Part shown: piece after piece, positions 1 through 7,985 of the stretch | How the letters are laid out: the number at the start of each line of letters is the position of its first letter | How positions within the stretch are numbered: position 1 is the first letter of the stretch | Assembly: GCA_045647845.1 (NCBI GenBank) | Contig: JAZRMV010000009.1 | Span: 24,489-88,488 of the forward strand | From: Faecousia sp. | GTDB lineage: Bacteria; Bacillota; Clostridia; Oscillospirales; Oscillospiraceae | Direction of reading: 5' to 3' | Length of the DNA: 64,000 nt | Made by a program: the position numbers and the translations under genes | The notes under the pieces: generated by a model | Told to the model about the DNA's origin: nothing | What the model saw: only the letters and a program-made list of their open reading frames with translations | Database searches by the model: none

Positions 1-36
1 TCGTTGCTTCGAGTTCGAATCTCGACACTCGGACCA
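1..36 (+). tRNA. 3' end of a tRNA with a Pro-type acceptor, cut by the window edge (or a tRNA-derived duplicate)
   Basis: T-arm TCGAG-TTCGAAT-CTCGA followed by CACTCGG-A-CCA (G72/A73 as in tRNA-Pro). The anticodon is not visible. Confidence 0.55.
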
Positions 37-204
37 AATAAGCAGAAATGACTTTATGTCGTTTCTGCTTGTTTTTTTGACAATGCGAGATTCGAACTTA
101 TATCGCAATATGCCAGTGGCATATTGCTGCCACCAGTGCAAACACTGGTGGCTACCTTAATCTGTACACCATGCAGATGCAAACGAATCTCGACACTCGG
201 ACCA
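16..204 (+). repeat. tRNA-tail structured repeat unit, 168-bp period
   Basis: 21-bp direct repeat CGAATCTCGACACTCGGACCA at 16-36 and 184-204. Between them lie a terminator hairpin, an inverted T-arm copy (86-98) and three hairpins. Confidence 0.85.
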
Positions 205-241
205 CAAAAAGCAGAAGAACGAAAGTTCTTCTGCTTTTTTC
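205..241. terminator. Bidirectional intrinsic terminator
   Basis: AAAAAGCAGAAGAAC-GAAA-GTTCTTCTGCTTTTTT. Confidence 0.8.
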
Positions 242-242
242 T

Positions 243-917
243 TTATTTCTGTTGATTTTTTAGGAATGTTTTGAAATCAGCTTCCGAGTAAACATAGTCA
301 TAGAAGACGTTGATTTCTTCTAAAATCGGATCTGCTTCCTTGGCATTTTCTAGCAGTTCGTAGTAAAAATCGGTGTCCCATAAATAATTGTAGGTAATGT
401 CAATGGAGTCACCGATGTTTCCAATTCGGTCGGCAAAGAACCGGTTGCCCTTATCGTCATAGACGACATCCAGAAATGCAAGATAACTGCCGACCATATA
501 ATAAGTATCGCCATATTCTGAGTCTTCGGTGGCCTTGCCGATAAAAACGAGAAGTTCATTCCCGGCCGTAAAAACAGGGACCTTTTTGTGTGTAAGTTTG
601 GAGCCTGCAAAGGGTTGCCGTAAAACAAAGGTTTTGGGCAGTTTTCCTTCCAGACACTCTAACACTCTTGCTTCAAAATAAGATACGTGGCTTTCGGAAT
701 TCTCACCAAGCCAGCTTCCAATTTGGACTCTGGCGACAGCGGTACACTCGGCAAAAACGTCTTCAAACACCGTTTCTTTTACCCAATTGACTTCGAAATT
801 GGTGCATTCTCCGATTCGGGTAGGCGGGAGTGTGGCGTTATCCAGGAACGGGTCGGCACAGCCGACAAGGGGCAACACGAGCATGAATACAAGAATTAAA
901 CTAAAAACTTTTTTCAT
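243..917 (-). CDS. Hypothetical lipoprotein
   Basis: 224-aa ORF with a signal peptide and lipobox LVGC; AGGAGG RBS upstream. Confidence 0.8.
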   Translation of the reverse strand: MKKVFSLILVFMLVLPLVGCADPFLDNATLPPTRIGECTNFEVNWVKETVFEDVFAECTAVARVQIGSWLGENSESHVSYFEARVLECLEGKLPKTFVLRQPFAGSKLTHKKVPVFTAGNELLVFIGKATEDSEYGDTYYMVGSYLAFLDVVYDDKGNRFFADRIGNIGDSIDITYNYLWDTDFYYELLENAKEADPILEEINVFYDYVYSEADFKTFLKNQQK

Positions 918-1030
918 AATGTACCTCCTATTCCCAAATGCTTTGTTACAACGCTGCCATATTTATTATATTATACCGAAAATCATTTGTCAATAAAGAC
1001 CCCGGGCAGTCTAGCGACTGCCCGGGGGGG

Positions 1031-1107
1031 TGGCACACCCGGCGCGATTCGAACGCGCGACCTTCCGCTTAGGAGGCGGATGCTCTATCCAGCTGAGCTA
1101 CGGGTGC
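1031..1107 (-). tRNA. tRNA-Arg(CCT)
   Basis: GCACCCGTAGCTCAGCTGGATAGAGCA-TCCGC-CT-CCT-AA-GCGGA...GGGTGTGCCA, 77 nt; GC-rich hairpin at ~999-1030 downstream. Confidence 0.97.
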
Positions 1108-1215
1108 GTATGCGCTTATATTAACGGAAAATTTACACCGTGTCAACAAATTAAGGGTGAATAATTGGGTACGAGCGCATATACTGGCAGGACGGGGTTT
1201 TAAGGAGGTGGTTAT

Positions 1216-1299
1216 ATGGCTGAACAGATAGAACAAGATTGTCTTGATCTGGATGATTTGATCTTTATGTACGAAGAGTATCAGCCAAGTGAGCGATGA
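1216..1299 (+). CDS. Putative small acidic protein, 27 aa (MAEQIEQDCLDLDDLIFMYEEYQPSER)
   Basis: Perfect SD TAAGGAGGTG a few nt upstream of the ATG; too short for the ORF track. Confidence 0.55.
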   Translation: MAEQIEQDCLDLDDLIFMYEEYQPSER

Positions 1300-1402
1300 A
1301 ACAAGGGTTTTTGGATAATTTTCTCATTCCTACTTTACAGAGTGGTGGATTTCGGATATAATAAAAAAGTCTGTAAACTAACACGAAATGAGAGAATGAT
1401 CA

Positions 1403-2530
1403 ATGAACATTGAATTTGACAGCTATAAACAAAAGCTGAATGATGTTAAGCCTGCGCTGGACGGATTGGCGGATTCTTTGAATCTGGAAGGCCTTGTGAG
1501 CGAGCTGGAACGGCTTCATGCAATGCAGGAGGCGCCCGGCTTCTGGGACGATCCGGAAAAAAGCCAGAAGATCGTAGTCAAAACAAAGCAGGCAGAGGGC
1601 AAAATCGAGCGGTATAAGAAAATGGTGGCAACCTGGGAGGACCTGGTCACCATTTGCGAGATGGCAGAGGAATTGGATGACGATTCTATGCTGCCGGAAT
1701 TGAAGGACGGCTTTGCTGCATTGGCTGCGGAGATGGAGAGCTGCCGCTTGGAAACGCTGCTCACCGGAAAATACGACAAGAATAATGCCCTTATGAGCTT
1801 CCAGGCAGGCGCTGGTGGCACCGAAGCCCAGGACTGGTGCCAGATGCTGTACCGTATGTATACCCGTTGGGCAGAGCGCAGCGGCTTTACCTATAAGATC
1901 CTGGACTACCAGGAAGGCGATGAAGCCGGTATCAAGTCCGCATCTATCATGATCGAGGGTGAAAATGCTTACGGTTTCCTGAAAGGTGAGAACGGTGTCC
2001 ACCGGTTGGTGCGTGTTTCTCCCTTTGATGCCAATGCCCGTCGGCAGACATCGTTCTCCGCAATCGAAGTGATTCCCGAAATCGAGGACGATTCGGAGGA
2101 TTTCGAGATCCGGGCTGAGGACTATGAAATGCAGGTGTTTCGTTCCTCCGGCGCAGGCGGTCAGCATATTAACAAGACTTCCTCTGCGGTTCGTTTGATC
2201 CACAAGGCTACCGGTATTGTTGTGTCCTGCCAGACGGAGCGCAGCCAGTTCCAGAACAAGGAGACCTGTCTTCGTATGCTGCGAAGCAAATTGGTGGAGA
2301 TCCGGGAGCGGGAGCATTTGGCGACTATTTCTGATATTAAAGGCGTACAGCAGAAGATCGAGTGGGGCAGCCAGATCCGTAACTACGTGTTCATGCCCTA
2401 TACGCTGGTTAAGGATACCCGGACCGGTTGCGAAACTTCCAATGTCAATGCGGTTATGGACGGTGCGCTGGATCCCTTCGTGGAAGCTTATCTGAACTGC
2501 CTGGCAACGGGAAATTGGGTAACAAAGTAA
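1403..2530 (+). CDS. prfB: Peptide chain release factor 2 (continuous ORF)
   Basis: SPF recognition motif (VSPFD), GGQ motif and GGTEAQDW. Confidence 0.97.
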   Translation: MNIEFDSYKQKLNDVKPALDGLADSLNLEGLVSELERLHAMQEAPGFWDDPEKSQKIVVKTKQAEGKIERYKKMVATWEDLVTICEMAEELDDDSMLPELKDGFAALAAEMESCRLETLLTGKYDKNNALMSFQAGAGGTEAQDWCQMLYRMYTRWAERSGFTYKILDYQEGDEAGIKSASIMIEGENAYGFLKGENGVHRLVRVSPFDANARRQTSFSAIEVIPEIEDDSEDFEIRAEDYEMQVFRSSGAGGQHINKTSSAVRLIHKATGIVVSCQTERSQFQNKETCLRMLRSKLVEIREREHLATISDIKGVQQKIEWGSQIRNYVFMPYTLVKDTRTGCETSNVNAVMDGALDPFVEAYLNCLATGNWVTK

Positions 2531-2619
2531 AAAAATATCGATTGGGACTTGCTTTTTGTAAAAGGCTGTGCTATAATCCATTCGATTGTGCAAATTTTCC
2601 CTTTTAGGAGGTTTCGGAA

Positions 2620-2856
2620 ATGGAAGTTTTGAAGACGATTGTTACCATTCTGGAAGTGATTTCCAGCTTGGCTTTGATTGTTGTGGTCATGTTGCAGTCC
2701 GGCAAGGAAGCTGGTCTGGACGCTATCACCGGCAACTCTGATTCTTACCTGAGCAAGAGCAAGTACGGCAATCTGGATAAGATCCTTGCCTCTGCTACCA
2801 AGTGGATCGCTCTGGTTTGGGTTCTTCTGACTCTGTCTTTGAGTCTGTTTAAGTAA
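2620..2856 (+). CDS. secG: Preprotein translocase subunit SecG
   Basis: 78 aa, two TM helices, LQSGKEAGL motif; terminator at 2866-2896. Confidence 0.92.
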   Translation: MEVLKTIVTILEVISSLALIVVVMLQSGKEAGLDAITGNSDSYLSKSKYGNLDKILASATKWIALVWVLLTLSLSLFK

Positions 2857-2952
2857 AAACGGAAGATAACCGCAGGTGAGCCTGCGGTTATTTTTATAGA
2901 CTTTTATACCGTTGTATGATAAGATGGTTTTGCGTTTGAAAGGAGTGGTTCT

Positions 2953-4398
2953 ATGAAACCTGTGAAGCTTTCCGGTATCCAGCCGGAGGAAGTTTTTTCT
3001 TATTTTGAGAAGATTTGTTCGATTCCTCATGGTTCCGGCAATACAAAGAAGATCAGCGATTATCTGGTCAGCTTTGCAAAGGAGCATAATATCGCTTATG
3101 TACAGGACGAGCTGAACAATATTCTGATGTTCCAGGAAGGCACCTGTGGTTATGAAGATCATCCGCCTGTGATCTTGCAGGGACACATGGACATGGTTTG
3201 TGACAAGGACGCAGATTGCCCTATCGATATGGACACCGATGGCTTGGATGTGATGCACGATGGTGAATTTGTCTTTGCCAAGGGTACAACTCTGGGCGGT
3301 GATAACGGTATCGCAGTTGCCTATATGCTGGCGCTTTTGGCGGATAAAACGATCCCTCATCCGCCTCTGGAAATGATCATCACCGTGGATGAGGAAACGG
3401 GCATGGACGGTGCCGCCGGTATCGATCTTTCCGCATTGAAGGGAAGAACCATGATCAATCTGGATTCGGAGGATGAAGGGATCTTTACTGTTTCCTGCGC
3501 CGGTGGCGCAAGAGCGAGGCTGCGGCTTCCGGTGAAGCGCAAGCCGGTTTACGGTCCGTGTGTCCGGTTATCGGTGGAGGGCTTGCAAGGCGGCCATTCC
3601 GGTGTGGATATTCATAAGAATATTATTGATGCCAATAAGGTCATGGCAAATTTGCTGCTGAGAATTCATCGGCACATGAAGTTCTCTATTATCTCCATTT
3701 CCGGTGGCAGCAAGGATAATGCCATCGCCCGTACCTGCTATGTGGACGCGGTGCTGCTGGGTCATGATGCGGAGAAGATCAATGAAATTGCTGAGCAGTT
3801 GCAGATGGAGCTGCGCAATTACTATGATGAGCCAGATCTGGTGATCTATGGTGACAACTTAGAGGCTATGGGTGGTCATGCACTGTCTGTGGAGGATACC
3901 AGTACAGTGATCGCATTGCTGATCAATATTCCCACAGGTGTTCGCAAGTGGTTGGATATAGAGGCCGAAATGGTACAGACCAGTTTGAATCTGGGTGTGG
4001 TAAAATCGGAAGAAGATGGCGTGAAGCTGACCTATTCTGTCCGCAGCTGTGTGAATGAGGATAAGCGGGAAGTTTTGAATATGCTCAAATCAGCCGCGGA
4101 GAAGTATGGCGCGGAATACTCGGAGGGCGGAGATTATCCGGCCTGGGAGTATAAAGAGCAATCTCCTTTGCGGGATACGATGGTGGAACTTTACCGGAAG
4201 AAGTACGGCAAAGAACCGAAGGTCGTGGCAATTCATGCAGGTTTGGAGTGCGGTATGCTCAGCGAGAAATTGCCCGGTCTGGACTGCGTTTCCATCGGAC
4301 CGGATATGCAGGATATTCACACCAGCAGAGAGCGGCTGAACATTCGTTCCACGGAACGAACCTGGGAGTTTCTGAAAGAAATTTTGAAAGCATTATAA
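2953..4398 (+). CDS. pepD: Aminoacyl-histidine dipeptidase (M20C)
   Basis: QGHMDMVC, TLGGDNG, DEETGM, GGHSG and HAGLECG motifs. Confidence 0.93.
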   Translation: MKPVKLSGIQPEEVFSYFEKICSIPHGSGNTKKISDYLVSFAKEHNIAYVQDELNNILMFQEGTCGYEDHPPVILQGHMDMVCDKDADCPIDMDTDGLDVMHDGEFVFAKGTTLGGDNGIAVAYMLALLADKTIPHPPLEMIITVDEETGMDGAAGIDLSALKGRTMINLDSEDEGIFTVSCAGGARARLRLPVKRKPVYGPCVRLSVEGLQGGHSGVDIHKNIIDANKVMANLLLRIHRHMKFSIISISGGSKDNAIARTCYVDAVLLGHDAEKINEIAEQLQMELRNYYDEPDLVIYGDNLEAMGGHALSVEDTSTVIALLINIPTGVRKWLDIEAEMVQTSLNLGVVKSEEDGVKLTYSVRSCVNEDKREVLNMLKSAAEKYGAEYSEGGDYPAWEYKEQSPLRDTMVELYRKKYGKEPKVVAIHAGLECGMLSEKLPGLDCVSIGPDMQDIHTSRERLNIRSTERTWEFLKEILKAL

Positions 4399-4412
4399 AA
4401 GAAAAGACCTGC

Positions 4413-5906
4413 TTATGCAGGTCTTTTTCGTTGTATAAGACTTTTGATCCAGCGAAGATCTTCCCGATCCAGGATCTTCGCGAGAAACAGTAGACACAGC
4501 AGCATGATGCAGAAGGCTATGGTACGCCCAATCGGGGTGTTTAGCTGCCAGGCTGCCCAGACGCTGACTGCGGTACATGTTAGGGTGAAAAGAGGAGTCT
4601 TTGGATCAATTTTTTGTCCGGTGATGATCACAAGCCTTCGGATGCTGAGCAGGAAATTGATGGCGTGGGTTAATAAAAAACTGGCAAAATAGCCTGCGAT
4701 CCCATATTTGGGCAACAGAACATATAGAAATGCTACGTCAAGAATATTGGTGAGGATATTGTACCGAACACTTACTTTTTGCTCGCCCAGACCTTTGATC
4801 ATGGCGTCTGTGATAGAGTCGCAGTAAAGCATCGGTGCCAGCGGGGCAAACCAGCGAAGATAGCGTCCGGCATCGATGCTGCCATAAAGTTTGATTCCTA
4901 AATAGTCAGCACACAGAAAAAGAATACCCCCGCAAAATGCGCTGAAAAGCAATGCTACCCGCAGACTCTTTCCCATCAGATAGCGGATCCTTTCTATACT
5001 GCCGGCTGCGTTGCACCGGGCAAGCTCCGGAACAAGAAGTTCTGCAAGACCGAATAAAATTGCTGTCGGAAACATCAATATGGGAAATACCATACCGCAG
5101 ACTGTACCAAAAGCGGCAAGGGGAGAAATGACTCCGGGAAATAGAGCAAGACGCTTTGGGACCATAAGATTTTCTACGGTGGAGATCCCGGTTCGCAGGT
5201 TGTCAGCCAACGCCAGCGGAATGGCCGTGCTGCGCAGCTTCTTTGCGCATGGATAAGCGGGGCTTTTTTGCGCACGTTCCCGTAACCGCAGAACGGTCAG
5301 TGCGATGAGGGTAAAGAAAGCGCCCAGCCCACTGCCAAAAATCACACAAAGGCAAGAGCGAAGATGGTCGTTCGCTGCCCAGAGGTTCAGCAGAGTCATG
5401 GTACAGAGCATGGAAAAAGCTTGCTCTGCGATTTCCACCATTGCCAGTGTTCCGATTCGGTTTACCCCAGTAAAATAACCTACCATCACGCCCGTCAGAC
5501 AGTTGACCGGCAGAAGCAGTCCGATGAGCCGCAGCGCGGTAACGGCCATAGAATTTCCGATCCATTGTGCTGCGATGATGGGCGCAAATATGTAGAGGGA
5601 AAGTCCGATGGCAGTGCTGATCAGGATACTGTATACCAAACAGCTTGATAGAACCCAGCGGTTGTTCTGGGTGGTCTTTCTGCCCACTTGTTCAGCGGAA
5701 AGATACATTGTGGCAGTTCGGATCCCCGCAGTTCCCGCAACCAATGCCATGGATCCTACGGATAGAATCAGTTGAAGCAAGCCGATACCTTCTGCGCCAA
5801 TATGGCCGGATAGATAGACTTGAAAAGATGTGCCAATCAGCCGCAAAAGTAAGTTTACGATGGTCAGAAGAAGGGCACTGTAAAAAATGGGTAATTTTCT
5901 AGACAA
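4413..5906 (-). CDS. spoVB: SpoVB-like MOP/MATE-family flippase
   Basis: 497-aa polytopic membrane protein with N-terminal GAEGIGL; sigmaE-like promoter upstream; TTG start. Confidence 0.75.
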   Translation of the reverse strand: MSRKLPIFYSALLLTIVNLLLRLIGTSFQVYLSGHIGAEGIGLLQLILSVGSMALVAGTAGIRTATMYLSAEQVGRKTTQNNRWVLSSCLVYSILISTAIGLSLYIFAPIIAAQWIGNSMAVTALRLIGLLLPVNCLTGVMVGYFTGVNRIGTLAMVEIAEQAFSMLCTMTLLNLWAANDHLRSCLCVIFGSGLGAFFTLIALTVLRLRERAQKSPAYPCAKKLRSTAIPLALADNLRTGISTVENLMVPKRLALFPGVISPLAAFGTVCGMVFPILMFPTAILFGLAELLVPELARCNAAGSIERIRYLMGKSLRVALLFSAFCGGILFLCADYLGIKLYGSIDAGRYLRWFAPLAPMLYCDSITDAMIKGLGEQKVSVRYNILTNILDVAFLYVLLPKYGIAGYFASFLLTHAINFLLSIRRLVIITGQKIDPKTPLFTLTCTAVSVWAAWQLNTPIGRTIAFCIMLLCLLFLAKILDREDLRWIKSLIQRKRPA

Positions 5907-5927
5907 AAAGATCCCTCCTTGTCCATA

Positions 5928-5956
5928 GCCTATGCGGACAAGGAGGGGGATATCCC
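5928..5956 (-). promoter_or_regulatory. SigmaE-type promoter of the spoVB-like gene
   Basis: Minus strand GGATA-16 nt-CATAGGCT, matching ATA-N16-CATAnanT. Confidence 0.6.
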
Positions 5957-5957
5957 A

Positions 5958-6587
5958 TTAGTTTTTGTTAATTTCGCTGCAATGAGCACCCAGGGGACAT
6001 TCGCTGCATTTCGGATTGCGTGCAGTGCAGATCTCTCTGCCGAAGAGGACGATACGGTGGCAAAAATCACCGCTTTCTTCCGGAGGCAGAATCTTTCGCA
6101 GCTGCTGTTCTACCTTTTCCGGCTCTTTTCCCTTGGATAAGCCGAGCCTGCCGCAAATGCGGATACAATGAGTATCGCAAACCACACTTCCGGGTTCACC
6201 GTAAAGGTCGCCAAGGAGCAGATTTGCGGTTTTTCTGCCAACACCGGGGATTTTCAGCAGTTGTTCCATAGTGCCGGGCACTTTACCATCATATTCAGTC
6301 AGCAGCATTTGGCAAGCCAGCACAATATCCCGGGCTTTGTGCTTATAAAAACCGCAGGAGTGCACCAACTGTTCTACATCAGAAATATCAGCCGCAGCCA
6401 TGGCTTCCAGTGTTGGATAAGCGGCAAAGAGCGCGGGGGTGATGAGATTGACTCTGGCATCGGTGCATTGGGCTGAGAGTCGAACTGCGATCATAAGTTC
6501 ATAGTCTTGGGAATAGTGAAGGGCGCAAGGCGCCTCCGGGTATCGGATTTTAAGTATATCCAGGATCTCGCGAACTTTCTTCTTCAT
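5958..6587 (-). CDS. nth: Endonuclease III
   Basis: LSAQCTD, HhH motif PGVGRKTAN, DTH and C-x6-C-x2-C-x5-C Fe-S motif. Confidence 0.96.
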   Translation of the reverse strand: MKKKVREILDILKIRYPEAPCALHYSQDYELMIAVRLSAQCTDARVNLITPALFAAYPTLEAMAAADISDVEQLVHSCGFYKHKARDIVLACQMLLTEYDGKVPGTMEQLLKIPGVGRKTANLLLGDLYGEPGSVVCDTHCIRICGRLGLSKGKEPEKVEQQLRKILPPEESGDFCHRIVLFGREICTARNPKCSECPLGAHCSEINKN

Positions 6588-6644
6588 AATAATACCCCCT
6601 ATACGGGGGTATTATATCATATTTTGCAGAATAAGAAAAGATGT

Positions 6645-7256
6645 TTAAAGGATTATATCGGTAGCTTCCGCAGTCAGAGCGGAAATTTCATAGGCAATGC
6701 GCTCAACGATACCGTTTTCGGTGTTTTTTGAATAGACTCTGCTTTGCAGTCTGCCGTTGATGCGTACCCGATCCCGGGTATGGCATTGGCAAATTTCCTG
6801 CGCGGTTCTGCCCCAGAGAATACAAGGTAAGTAATCGGCTCTTTGGAAAGATCGTGGCACTGCCAGCATAATATCGCAGATCTGCCTCCCCAGTGGGGTC
6901 ATGCGGTAGATGGGCTCTTTGCACAACGGACCTTCCAATGTGACATTATTTATGGGCTCTTCGTCTTCTGCGATGATAGATGATGCAAATACAAAGATCA
7001 TTAAATGCCTGATCCCGTCGCTGCGCACATTGTGGGAGCGAATCTGACCTTCAACGGTCAGCATTTCACCGGCTGACAGATCCATGTGATTGAGTATAGA
7101 TAGTTCCACGATCACCGGCAGCGTATCCACAGTGCCGGAAAGTCTTGGCACATCCAGATCGAAACGGTAAAAAATCCGACCATGATTTTCATGGGAGAAT
7201 TGGGGCAGGGAACGGAGCTGACCCCGAAGCAGGATGTGATTCACAGATTGTTCCAT
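6645..7256 (-). CDS. Tandem-OB single-stranded DNA-binding protein
   Basis: Two SSB-like halves (RLSGTVDTLP; RADYLPCILWGR...GRLQSRVY) and no acidic DDIPF tail. Start placed after the GAGGTG RBS. Confidence 0.8.
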   Translation of the reverse strand: MEQSVNHILLRGQLRSLPQFSHENHGRIFYRFDLDVPRLSGTVDTLPVIVELSILNHMDLSAGEMLTVEGQIRSHNVRSDGIRHLMIFVFASSIIAEDEEPINNVTLEGPLCKEPIYRMTPLGRQICDIMLAVPRSFQRADYLPCILWGRTAQEICQCHTRDRVRINGRLQSRVYSKNTENGIVERIAYEISALTAEATDIIL

Positions 7257-7352
7257 AGGTATCACCTCATTGATTCAGATGTATGGAACAGTTTATGTGA
7301 AAATATAGAAAAAAGAACAGCCCATGAAGCTATGCTCCATGGACTGTGATGG

Positions 7353-7985
7353 TTATTTATGCTCTTTGCGAATGATGATCGATTCGATCACCGGGCGTTC
7401 ATCTTCTTTGATCGCGCCGTTATTATTCAGGGGCTTTGCATTTTCACAAACGGCATCGACTACTTCGATACCGTCGACCACAAAACCAAAAGCGGCATAT
7501 TTTCCGTTGAGACTGGGATAGTCCTGATGCATGATGAAGAACTGGCTGGACGCACTGTCGGGATCATTGGTACGAGCCATAGAGATCACGCCTCGCTTGT
7601 GCAGCAGATTGTTTTCCCAGCCGTTCTCGGTGAACTCGCCATAGATGGCTTCCGGAGGGTTGTCAGACATACCGCCCTGCATCATAAAGCCTTCTATGAT
7701 CCGGTGGAAGGTAAGTCCATCGTAAAATCCGTCAGCTGCCAGATAAACAAAGTTCTGCACGGTGATTGGAGCAACGTCCGGTTCAAGCTTAACCGTGATC
7801 TTCCCGTAATCCCGAATGGTGATTTCTGCATAGTAGTCGTATTGGTCGCTGATTTTCCAGGGGTCGTATAATGTGTAGATCAATACTACGAGAACTGCGA
7901 TCATCAGAAATATGGCAATGCAGGTGGGCAATACCTTGGATTTTTTTGCTATCGGGGGCTTCTTGTTTTGGTTTTTCTTAGCCAT
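7353..7985 (-). CDS. Membrane-anchored cyclophilin-type peptidyl-prolyl isomerase
   Basis: [17 protein letters not shown] and SQFFI motifs; N-terminal TM helix. Start reassigned to MAKKN. Confidence 0.9.
   Translation of the reverse strand: MAKKNQNKKPPIAKKSKVLPTCIAIFLMIAVLVVLIYTLYDPWKISDQYDYYAEITIRDYGKITVKLEPDVAPITVQNFVYLAADGFYDGLTFHRIIEGFMMQGGMSDNPPEAIYGEFTENGWENNLLHKRGVISMARTNDPDSASSQFFIMHQDYPSLNGKYAAFGFVVDGIEVVDAVCENAKPLNNNGAIKEDERPVIESIIIRKEHK

Noticed and set aside
1-241. Possible CRISPR array (direct repeats with palindromes), also considered at the tmRNA tail
   Set aside because: Only two or three copies with ~147-bp spacing, the repeats are tRNA/tmRNA 3' ends, and there are no cas genes.
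1400-2593. Long antisense ORFs opposite prfB, and likewise opposite glyA, tyrS, valS, pepF, alaS, nadK and mrp
   Set aside because: They are shadow frames of strongly biased genes, with no RBS or recognisable motifs.
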